From the NCBI GenBank assembly GCA_965112735.1, contig OZ218954.1, positions 3,658,001 through 3,722,000 of the forward strand: a stretch of DNA of 64,000 nt. Reading direction: 5' to 3'. Origin of the DNA: Phaeosaccion multiseriatum (taxonomy: Eukaryota; Protista; Ochrophyta, other classes). The notes beneath the pieces were generated by a model. That model saw only the letters and a program-made list of their open reading frames with translations, had not been told where the DNA came from and searched no databases. Below, piece after piece: positions 13,399-23,929 of the stretch (positions within the stretch are counted from its first letter, which is position 1; every line of letters starts with the position of its first letter). The position numbers and the translations under genes are program-made.

Positions 13399-14282
13399 AT
13401 GCTTGCCCACCTGTCCATCTGCCTGCCCATCTGCCTGCTTCTGTCCGTATGCCGATCTGCCTGCCCATACACGTGCCCGTATGCCTGCCCATACAACCTG
13501 ACTCTATTCCTGCTCTGCCCTCATGCCCATATGCTTGCTCATATGCCCATGTACCTGCCCATTTGTGACTCCCTGTCCAGTGGATGATGACATCGAGTAT
13601 CCGCCCACGCTTCTGGCGGACCTCGTCAGCAATGCTCGGAGGAGACCAAATGCGGTGAGTGAGATTCCCCTCTCTCCTCTTCAATCTCTCTCTCGCTCGC
13701 TCTCTCTTTCTCCCCGGTCCTCTCTCTCCCCCTTTGTCTCTGTCTATATCTTTTATATCTGTCCCCCTTTCTCTCTCTCCCCCCTCCTCCCTCCCATCTC
13801 TCTCTTCCATCCCCCCCCCCCCCCTCCCCCACTCCCACAGGCGATAGGCTTCACAGGTTACCGCCTCCCCCCCTCGGGCCCTCTCTTGCACGAGCGCTTT
13901 ACGTATTTTGACTCCTTCACACTCGCCGAAGACGCAGAGGTGAGTGCAGCAGCAGCAGCAGTTGGTGATACAGCAGAGGTAGACACCTAAGGACATGATG
14001 GACATTGGCTCTATCTACCGCTCCTCTGCCTGGCCCCTTGGCCTCAATCATCTGTCTATCTTCCTGCCCGTATGCCTCTTTATCCTCCTCGTGTAACGGC
14101 CAGGTGGACGTGCTCGGCGGTGTGATGGGCATTGCCTACAGGAGCGGCTTCTTCGACTTCCTGCGCCTCACGGGCTATGCAAGGAGCCCGTCTGCTGCCT
14201 TCTTTGTGGACGACGATTGGGTGTGCGGGGCCCTCGATGCTGCGGGTGCGTGTGTGTGTGTGTGTGTGTGGGTGGGTGGGTG

Positions 14283-14323
<41 letters not shown>

Positions 14324-16088
14324 TTTGTGTGTTATGTGTGTGTGGGTGTGTGGGGGTGCGTGAGTGAAAGGGGTCCATCTGCTGCCTTCTTTGTCAAGGG
14401 CGATTGGGTGCTCGTGGCCCTCGATGCCGTGGGTGCGTATGTGGGTGTGTGCGTGGCAGGAATGAATGTCTACGTAGAGAGGGAAGAAGGACGACTACAT
14501 GCCTCTGCATCTCTCTCTGCCTATGACAGCCTGCCTCTGTGTCTACCTCCTCCTCCTCCTCCTCCTCCTCCTCCTCCTCCTCCTCCTCCTCCTCCTCCTC
14601 CTCCTCCTCCTCCTCCTCCTCCTCCTCCTCCTCCTCCTCCTCCTCCTCCTCCTCCCCCTCCTCCTCCTCGCCGTCCTCCCCCTCTCCCTCCACCGCCCTC
14701 AGGAGTGCCCCGCGTGGTAATTGGCAGGCCTTACGCCCCTGACTCGGCGGACGTGCTCTTCAACGGCCAAATCTCTCTGCCCCATGCACAGGTATACGGG
14801 TATATATCGCGCTATCTCCCTCTCTCTCTCCGTCTCTCACTTTGCCTGCTGTCTCCATCTCTCTTTCTCTCTCCCTCTCTCCCACTTTCCCTGCTCTCTC
14901 TCTCTCTCTGTGTGTCCCTCTGTCCCCTCTCTTCCCTCCCCCTGGTAAGTTGGGGGGTCTGAACTCCCAATCGCACTCATTTCGCAACCTGCGCTATCAA
15001 CGCATTCTTCTCGAGTGGCTGAGGCATTCGGAGCGGCTCTTCCCTCCGCGCCAAGACGAAGAGAAGGCGACCGTTGACGATGTACTACCAACGACCGTTA
15101 ATGATGTACTACCAACGACCGTTGATGATGTAGCAACAGTTGGTGGTACATCGGTTGGTGGTACATCAGTTGGTGATACAGCAGCAGCAGTTAGTGACAC
15201 AGCACCAGCAGTTGGCGACACAGCAGCAGCGGCAGTTGGTGCTACATCACCCGCACCAGCTCTTCCTCCCCCCCATCCACTGCCATCCTTTCTGGAGGTG
15301 TTCGACAGAGACCTTCGCGCTGCCCTGGGACCGAGGAAGGACACCATGCGACTGGTGAGTGAGTGAGTGAGTGAGTGAGTGAGTGAGTGAGTGAGTGAGG
15401 CGAAGTTGAAAGGAGGGGCGCAGGGAGGAAAGGGAAGGGAAGGGAAGGGGAAGGGAAGGGAAGCAGAATTGTATGAATAGAAGGAAGGGGAAGGGAATTC
15501 CTCCCTCCGTCCCTCCTTTCGACATGGCCTCACTCACTCACCAGTGAGGGGAAGCAGTATATACGTATAGCGAGACAGACAAACAGCAAATCGATGGTCA
15601 TACCACGCTCCCCTCCCTTCCTCTCTCCCTCTCTTCCTCTCTCCCTCTCTCCCTCCCCCTCTCTCTCCCTCCATCCCTCCCTCGCTCTCTCTCCCTCTCT
15701 CTCCTCAGCTCTTCCAGGAGCTGTTAGACAGCGGCAAGGAAAGCTTCACCATTATCAAGACGGGAAACTCGCGCTGGACAGCTGGGGAGGCAGGCACGAC
15801 AGCGGATGGGAAGGGAGGGATGGCAGTGGATGGGGCGGAAAAGGGCAGTGTGTCGAGCACCGATGACGTCACGCTGGCGTACGGAAAGTTTGTCGAGCAC
15901 CACAAGACAGGTGAGGGAGTTGGTGATGCAGAGGGAGGGAGCGAGGGATACATCGATTGCCATCGATTGCCATCGATTGCGCATCCGTCACATTGCCTCG
16001 ACTGACCGATCCACCCGTTGCCATCGATTGCGATCCATCGACTGCCGTCCATCGCCTCCCTCCCCCCCAAAAACAAACACACGCGCAC

Positions 16089-16140
<52 letters not shown>

Positions 16141-17928
16141 ACCTTCTACTCGCTCGACCCCTCGCCCCTCTCCTGCGACGCAGCAAAGAAAGTTCTCAGC
16201 AAGGAACGTTCCCAAGTTCTGCTCACGGCGCCCCCCTCGGGAGGCAGCGCAGGTACCGCAGCAGCAGCACCAGGGACAACACACTCACTCAAGGCTCTGT
16301 TGAAGGACATTTTCACTCCTTCTTCCCGGGGGGGAGGGGGTGCCTCTTCTTCTACTTCCACCCTGGGGGCCCGACTGGACGTGGTGCACTTTGATGGGGG
16401 GCACGTCTCCGACTTCGATGTAAGGAGGAGGGGGGTGGCAGTGGATGGCAGTGGATGGCAGTGGGTGGCAGTGGACGGCAGTGGATGGCAGTGAGTGGCA
16501 GTGGATGGCAGTGGGTGGCAGTGGATGGCAGTTGGTGGGGAGGGGAGAGCTGGGGAGAGTTGCAAAGCGTGTGTCTCATTCTGTCTTTTTTTCTCTGTGT
16601 TGATTTCGACTCGTGAGCGAGTAGGCATGGGTGACGCGGAGAGGGTGGGTAACAACATCACCACAGGTCTCAGCCACCGTCCCCCATCCCCTTCCCCCAT
16701 CCACTACCATCCCCTCCCTTACTCCCTCTCTCCCTCCCTCTCCTTCCCTCCCTCCCACCCCCCCCCAATCTACTGCCATCCCCATCCCTCACCCCCCATC
16801 CACTGCCATCCCTCCTCCTCAGGACATGCAGGGCGTGCACGAGGCCGCTGTGAAGGTCTTCTTTGACCTCTCTGTCGTGCTGCATGCCCTGCGCTCCCTC
16901 CCCTCCCGCTCCAGAGTGTGGATGGTACTGGATGGCAATGTGGCTGTGTACATGAACAGGTTAGGGATGGCAGTGGATGGGGGGGAAGGGGATGGCAGTG
17001 GATGGGGAAGGAAGGAGTGGCCGTGGATGGCGATAATGGGTGGCAGGGGATGGTGCTGGATGCAGTGCTTACGTGCATGCGCTCACAAAAGCCTGCCAAA
17101 GCTTACATAACGACAACCGCCCCCCCCCTTTAACAATACACGACCCCCTACCTACCTAGCCTGGCGGACTTTACAGCAGAAATGGAGCGCGACAAGGACC
17201 CCGTGGGGGAGGCCTGGCTGCTGCCGCCCTTCCTGCCCACTCGGGGAAAAGCCCAATATGCAGCCCAAGTGCTTGAGGCTCTGGAGGAGGTGCGTTGGGG
17301 CGGATAGGGAGAGACGAGTAGGGGAGGGAGGGAGGGAGGGAGGGAGGGAGGGAGGGAGGGAGGGAGGGAGGCAAGGAGGGAGGGAGAGAGGGAGGGAGGG
17401 AGGGAGGCGGAGAGGGATGGATGGATGGATGGAGGGAGGGACGGCGGCGGGGAGGGAGGAAGGATGGAGGGAAGGAGGGACGGAGAGGGAGGGAAGGAGA
17501 GGGAGGGAAGGAAGGAGGGAGGGAGGGAGGGAGGGAGGGAGGCACACATGCACACGCGCACACACACGGAGAGAAGAGACTTAAGAGAGAGGGCGAGAAG
17601 GAAGGACAACCCCGAACCCCCACACGCACACTCTGACACCCTTCCTCCCTCCCTTCCTCCCTCTCTCCTTCCCTATATGCCTCCAATCTCCCTCATCCAC
17701 TGCCATCCCTCTCTCCCCCCTCCCTCCACATATCTCCACTCTCCCCTGATCATCCACTGCCATCCATCTATCCATCCCGTCCTTTCTTAGTGCGTGCGCG
17801 TCTTGTCCGGAGTTCAACTCGTGTGGCGCTGTGACTTTAACCGCAACTTGTTAGAAACGGAGGAGCAGGTGAAGGATGCCTCGAGGCGTTTCACAGACCT
17901 CATGCTTCTGTCCAAACGACCGTCCTAG
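10329..17928 (+). CDS. Secreted/luminal multi-domain protein: signal peptide, repeated Cys modules, GT-A-fold glycosyltransferase, C-terminal class-I SAM methyltransferase-like domain; multi-exon
   Basis: Signal peptide MNRQVLLPLLVLGAIPTA. GT-A motifs: VVVSLSTLPSR, SLQAQTARPD, DLGPSTKLIP, IITLDDDIEYP, VDVLGGVMG, FFVDDDW. MTase-like motifs: TIIKTGNSR, FYSLDPSP, LDVVHFDG, MVLDG, GKAQY. The last exon, 17791-17928, ends in TAG. Confidence 0.75.
16435..16530 (+). repeat. Tandem array of the 10-mer GTGGATGGCA (the motif A unit) at an intron 5' end
   Basis: About 9 units directly after the donor at 16420. Confidence 0.9.
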
Positions 17929-18166
17929 GGTACTCAGGGCTCTATTCTTTCACAGATGCTCGAAGTCTCTCTCTCCTTTGCAGTCTTCGCCCCCCTCCTC
18001 GAGCCCCTGCCTCCTCTAAGGGTGGCTGGCCTCTCATTAATTATTGCTCTCGCTCCTCCACTGCCAGTGCCAGTCAAGCTCCTTGGAGGAGTCTCTAAGT
18101 CTCTAACTAACCAACCGCCCTGCAACTGCCTGCAACTGCCTGCTGTCACAGCAGTGCTGTCGGTCC

Positions 18167-21100
18167 TTAGGCTTCCAGGAAGGACCTCCTCCTCGCCTTT
18201 CCGTCTTGCTGCGCCTGTGCCTGTGCCTGTGCCGCTTCCTTGAAGAGCCCGTCCACGGCGCTCTCCCTCCTCTCCCCGCTGATGCTCGGCCCCTGGGTGC
18301 CTGAGTCTCCCACCGACTCGGCCTCGGCTGAGGAGTCTCCCCTTGATGAGCTCCCCAGTGCCTCGCTCGCCCCCCCCCTGGTAGAGCGGAGCTCCGCCGT
18401 TGTCTCCTCCTCCTGTATCGGCTTTGTCTCCTCCTGTATCTGTATCGGCTTTTTATGGCTGCGGCACGCGCTCGGCCTGTTCTGTGCGTGTGGGCAAGAG
18501 CCCTTTCTCTCTGATCCTTCTGGATCCTTGCTGACTGGGCAGCGCGCTTCTCCCTCTGTTGCTTCCTCTTCTTCTCCGTTCTCCTCGATGGTAGCGGACA
18601 GTATCCGTGATGAGGCGGCTTTTGTTGACACACACGCACAGCACAGGCCAGGCAGCACAGCAACAGCAGTTGGTGGTACAACAGTAGCAAGAAGGGGGGT
18701 GAAAAGACGGGTGAGTGAGGGGGGGGAGAGGGGAGGGAAGGAGCACGAGGCGGTTTCATCCTCACAGGTCTCTCCTTCGAAGCAGACGGGTGGGGTGGTG
18801 GCTCATAAGTCAGTAAGGCAAAAGTCAGCTCCACAACACTCAGTCAGTACGTCAGGGGGTGTTAACAGGGGGCACATCGCGCTGCTTGGGGATCGGATGG
18901 TACCAGACGCACGCACCTGCGTCCTCCGCCTCGTCTTGTCCCTCGTCTCCACCAGCGAAGGGGCATCCCTCGCCCTCCGTTCGCGTCTCCACCATGCTGG
19001 CGGTGGAATTCATTCGACTTGGTGCAAGGCTGTAAGCATCATCCCTTGTTGTCTTAGGTTGCCACCAGGCATCTCCACTACAGTGGGAGATGGCAGTGGA
19101 TGGGAGGGAGGGAGGGAGGGAGGGAGGGAGGGAGGGAGGGAGGGGGGGAGGGAGGTAGGGAGGGAGGGGTGGAAGTGAGTGTCAGACTATGAGGGAGATA
19201 ATATATTGACATGTAGGAATCAAGCGGCTCCTTTGGGGGGGTGTAGACGGCGTGCAGGTCATTTGGGCGGCGACCGAAGGTTGATGCCTCCCCTCCCCTC
19301 TCCCTCCCCCCCCTTCAGGCCTGACCACCGACCAGGGGAATCGTTCCCACGGGTACTTAATCTGGTCCGTCCAGTGCCATCTGACTAACCTGCTGCCGCC
19401 TCCGAGGCCTGTGGCGCTGAGCTTGAGCTCCAACATTCGCTGGAAGTGCTTCAGAGCATGGCCCACCGATGAGCGCTTCCTGTCCACACATGAGAGGAGG
19501 GGAGGGAGGGAGGGAGGGAGGGAGGGAGGGAGGGAGGGAGGGAGGGAGGGAGGGAGGGAGGGAGGGAGGGAGGGAGGGAGGGAGGGAGGGAGGGAGGGAG
19601 GGAGGGAGGGAGGGAGGGAGGGAGGGAGGGAGGGAGGGAGGGAGGGAGGGAGGGAGGGAGGGAGGGAGGGAGGGAGGGAGGGAGGGAGGGAGGGAGGGAA
19701 GGAGGGAGGGAGAGAGAGATGCTGGTGCTTAGAGACAGGGACAGTGACAGAGAGAGAGAGAGACAGAGATACTTCGGACTGAGAGAGAGACAGAGACAGA
19801 GATACTTAGGACTGCTTGTGCTCACCTCGAGTTGTTGATCTCCATGCGGCGTGCAGAGCGGACGATGAGCACGATAGAAACGAAGCTGAACACCTGAGAG
19901 GGGTGACAGCAGCCAGTCAGTGAGAGTGCCAGCAGCCAGAGAGGAGAGGGGGGTCAAGATAGGGGTGAAGTTCCCGTGCGGTCGCAAGGGGGCTGATGGA
20001 GCGAGTGGCAGTCGCAATTGGGTACCTAGCCTATGCCCAACATACACATGCACGCACACGCGCCCTTCATTGTTAGGCCCTTGCTCCTTACCTGCTGCCA
20101 CGCGTCCTTGAGCTCATCTGTCCAGTCGTCGCCAGAGCAGAGACCCACCGCGTGTAGTAAGGCGTGCGCTGACAGGGGGCGGAGGAGGGAGGGGGTCTCT
20201 CAGGGGAGGGAGGACGCACCACCGAGCTGTGACTGTCTAGTCTACTCTACCCCAGAGGTCAGGCATGCGCGAGAGGGCTTGGAGAAGGGTTAGGGTTAAG
20301 GCTTGCAGAAGAGTTAGGGTCAAGGCTAGGAGAACAAGGGGAGGAATAGCGCCGCTGCAAAGAACGCGATGCGAGAAAGAGAGGACAGAAGAGGAAGGGA
20401 AGAGGAAGGGAGGAGGAAGGGAAGAGGAAGGGAAGAGGAAGGCAGCCATCGGCAGAGGGGACAGGAGAGGAGAGGATCCCTTAGGTTAGGGTTAAGGGGA
20501 CAGGAGAGGAGAGGATCCCAATCACGCCGCCTACTGTCTAGAGCTGTCCTTTGCTGACTTACCCATGGCCCCGTAATGCTCGGGGAAGACGCCGAAGTCG
20601 ACGTGTCTGTCCGCGAGAAGCTCAAGCCCGGGCAAGATTTGGTGGTGCGCCTCGCTCTCTGAGGGGGGCCGGGGGGGGGGGTTAGGCCTTGTAGCTGCTA
20701 GCAGTAGGGTCGAAGAGCACAAGTGAGTCATGTCCTGCAGCTAGCAGTAGGGCCGGAGGAGGGGAGTCCTGTCCCGAGCATTGTGAGGAGTGTCCTCGCT
20801 TGCCTGCCTCTGCTTGCCTGCCTCTGCTTACTCCTAGGGCTCATCCCAATCCAAAACACACGCGCACAGCGAGTGCTGCACCAGCAATGGCGGTACCGTA
20901 TCATCACCTGCGGTGTTACTCACCGAGGTCGAGAGTGCAGAGCTTGGACACGACTGCGACGAGCATCTTGCCCTGTTGGTGATACAGACGGCAGGGGGGC
21001 AGGCATAAGGGCATGGGCAAGGGGGTAGTGCTCAGAGCGCACCATCTCGCAACGCCACGGAGGGGAGGGGGGATGGCAGTGGATGGACATGAGGGGGGGG

Positions 21101-22844
21101 GAGGGGGGGGGAGGGGAGGGGAGGGGAGGGGAGGGGAGGGGAGGGGAGGGGAGGGGAGGGGAGGGGAGGGGAGGGGAGGGGAGGGGAGGGGAGGGGAGGG
21201 GAGGGGAGGGACCCACCCGTACACACACTACCCGGGCCTCCGCCCTAATGCTTGCCCTGCCCATATGCCTGCTCTGTGCTCACCTGCCTGACCATACTCC
21301 CCTTAAAGAGTGCCTTTGCGTCGGGCTGCAGCGCGAACAGCTCCTTCAAGTCAGGGAGTGAGGCATAAGTCAGTGAGTGAGTCATAAGTCAGTGATGGCT
21401 TGGCCTACCGTACCTTGTAGCACGTGTCGTAAAACTGCGTGACGGACGAGATGGGCCTGAGGCGATGCTGAGACGGCTTTTGCTTCTGCTCCGCCGTGAA
21501 CTCGGCAACATACCTGAGGCACGACAGGCACATGGGCAAGAGGGCAGCAGAAGGTCAGGCCGGGCGAGGAAGGGCGGTTATTGGCTTAGAGAAATCAAAA
21601 AGCGAGGGAGGGCGGAGAGGAGCTGTGGAGGGGGGATGAGGGACGGCGGCTCGTTTGGTCCACGCACAGCCAGACACAGCACTAAAGCACAGGCGAAGAG
21701 GCCTCGAAAAGAGGCATCAGAGAGGACTCAAAGTCGTCATTGTCGGCTGCCATCCCCTGCCATCCCCTTCCATCCACTGCCATCCCCTTCCATGCACTGC
21801 CATCCCCAGCCATCCCCTGCCATCCCATGCCATCCCATGCCATACATTGCCATACATTGCCATCCCGTGCCATACATTGCCATCCCCTGTCATCCCCTGC
21901 CGTACATACCCATCCCCTGCCATCTCCTGCCATCCCCTGTCATCCTCGCTACTCACTCGAGGTACCCCGGCGCAGTGCCCTTCATGATGGTCTTCCAGTT
22001 CTGCCTGTGGGGGGGGGGGGGGGTTACAAGATTTCGGTTACAATCTTGGGGAGGGAGAGAGGACTGTCGATCAAGGACCAGCTCCGCTTAACACATCCAC
22101 GCCCTGTCCTGATCCCCCTGAAACCCTTGACAGACTGACTGACTGACTGACTGATTGACTGACTGACTGACTGACTGACTGACTGACTGACCTGATGAGT
22201 TTCATCTTCCTGAGGTTCACAACGGGGTCCTCTGTGAGCGCTGCGGGGATGAGTTTTCTGTACTGCGCGAGGTACACAATGCGCATGGTGCGCTCTCTTT
22301 CTACTTCGGTCTTCCTCTGGTGCAGGGTCAGGCCGAAGCTCAGCATTCTGGGTCTCTGGGACGGGGAGTCCTCCTCCTCCTCCTCCTCCGCCTCCTCCTC
22401 CTCGTCGTCGTCGTCCCCCTCCGTTTCCTCGTCGTTGCGAGGCTCAGCCTGCCCTTGCTCTTGCTCTTTCCCTGGGGCCGTGCCGAGGTTTAGGACGGCG
22501 CTCACGGTGCTCACCGAGCCGCGGAGGCGTTTCAGCCCCGCCGTACCCGCGCTCTTGCTCCTGAACCTGTTCTCGGCGTCTTTGCCCTCTCCCGGTGCCG
22601 CCTTCTTGGCCTCTCTCGCCTTGTTGGCCTCCTCTACCACCGCTTCCCCGGGCACCACTGTCGAGCTATTGCGCCCCTTTGTGGACGGATGTCTCCGCTT
22701 CTCACTGCCACTCTTGTCGGTATCTGTGGTTTCGCCGTTGGCGCTTTGGGATGCCTTGAAGCTGGAGGAGGAAATGGCCACCTCCACGTCCTCCACCACG
22801 AGCTGCACCGAGTCTCCATACCCGGAGCTGTATTGTGAGCCCAT
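18167..22844 (-). CDS. Globin-domain protein with long N- and C-terminal extensions. Exons 22844-22192, 22004-21957, 21513-21414, 21343-21284, 20972-20924, 20658-20563, 20168-20092, 19893-19826, 19479-19390, ~19077-18917, ~18618-18167.
   Basis: The spliced product reads QFYDTCYKELFALQPDAKALFKGSMVRQGKMLVAVV...LELLADRHVDFGVFPEHYGAMAHALLHAVG...WTDELKDAWQQVFSFVS. This is a 3/3 globin fold with CD1 Phe, E7 Gln and proximal F8 His (flavohaemoglobin/Vgb-like). Confidence 0.85.
19500..19712. repeat. (GGGA)n run, read as (CCCT)n before a globin acceptor
   Basis: Direct reading. Confidence 0.95.
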
Positions 22845-23421
22845 AGTGTTGCTACCAGTGGTAGGATAAGAGGGGGGAAGCTCTACTCAGTCTCCTGAGT
22901 AGGCAAGCTCACCTCTCCTCCTCTCTCTGTCCCTGCCTCCCCCCTCCCTCCCTCAGTGACTGACCAGGGCGGCTATTAAGCCTCTCAGACCTGCTATCTC
23001 ATCTCTCTCTATCCCTTCTTCTTCCTCCCTCTGTCCCCTCTTATCTTCTGTCCTCTTTCCCTTCCTCCCTGCCGTACTATGTCGTGCGTGGCCTGCAATC
23101 CGTCCGCGACTCTCCACACACCATGCTCGTATCTCTGCAAGCTGTCTCTCTCACTATGAAGCACCGTGGCTGTACAATGAAAACACTGCCCCGGTTTCTG
23201 ATACTCTGTGCCTGCCTGCTGCTGTTGTTCCTATGATTGCACACACGCAGAGAGGAGGCAAATCGGGGAATCACAAAAAAGAAAATGTAACGGCGTTTTT
23301 TTTTTCGTACTTCAAGTGGTTGACCGTCGCGAGGGGATGGGATGGCGTATAGCCTCAGAGCTCAGAGCTCCAGGGCTTGGAGGCGGAGACGAGCCGTCGT
23401 CTCAAGAAGCCCAATAGGCCA

Positions 23422-23476
23422 GTGCAGTGTAGGTGGTGCAGTGTAGGTGGTGCAGTGTAGGTGGTGCAGTGTAGGT
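23422..23476. repeat. 14-bp tandem repeat (GTGCAGTGTAGGTG) x4, intergenic
   Basis: Direct reading. Confidence 0.85.
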
Positions 23477-23740
23477 GCCCTGCTACGGGGTGCCCTGCTA
23501 CGGGGGGGGGGGGGTTGTGTGCTCCGCGGGCTTCGCTTCGGACTCGAAAGCCCTGACCTCTCCCTCCTTCCCTCCTCCCTCCTCCCCTCAAAGGATGTTG
23601 CTTCCCCTTGAGGAGGTTAGCGAGGAGGGCACGGGCAGCGCTGCAAGGGGGGGGGGGGGGAGCTTCCACCTCACTCGCTTCCACGCCTCGCGCCGGCCGG
23701 GAAGGAAGGAAAGGAAATGCCTCGCTCCTCTGCCCCGCCC

Positions 23741-23771
<31 letters not shown>

Positions 23772-23929
23772 TATCACCAACTGTTGCCTATCCGGAGAGC
23801 CTTGCCAAGCCCAGTGCGCGTTCTCGGTGCACCGACAGAGCTGCCCATATGCCTGTCTGCCCATATTGCTTGTGACTGTGTGCCCCGCCAGAAGAAAGTC
23901 TACATAACCCTATGTACGGCCGCGAAAGC

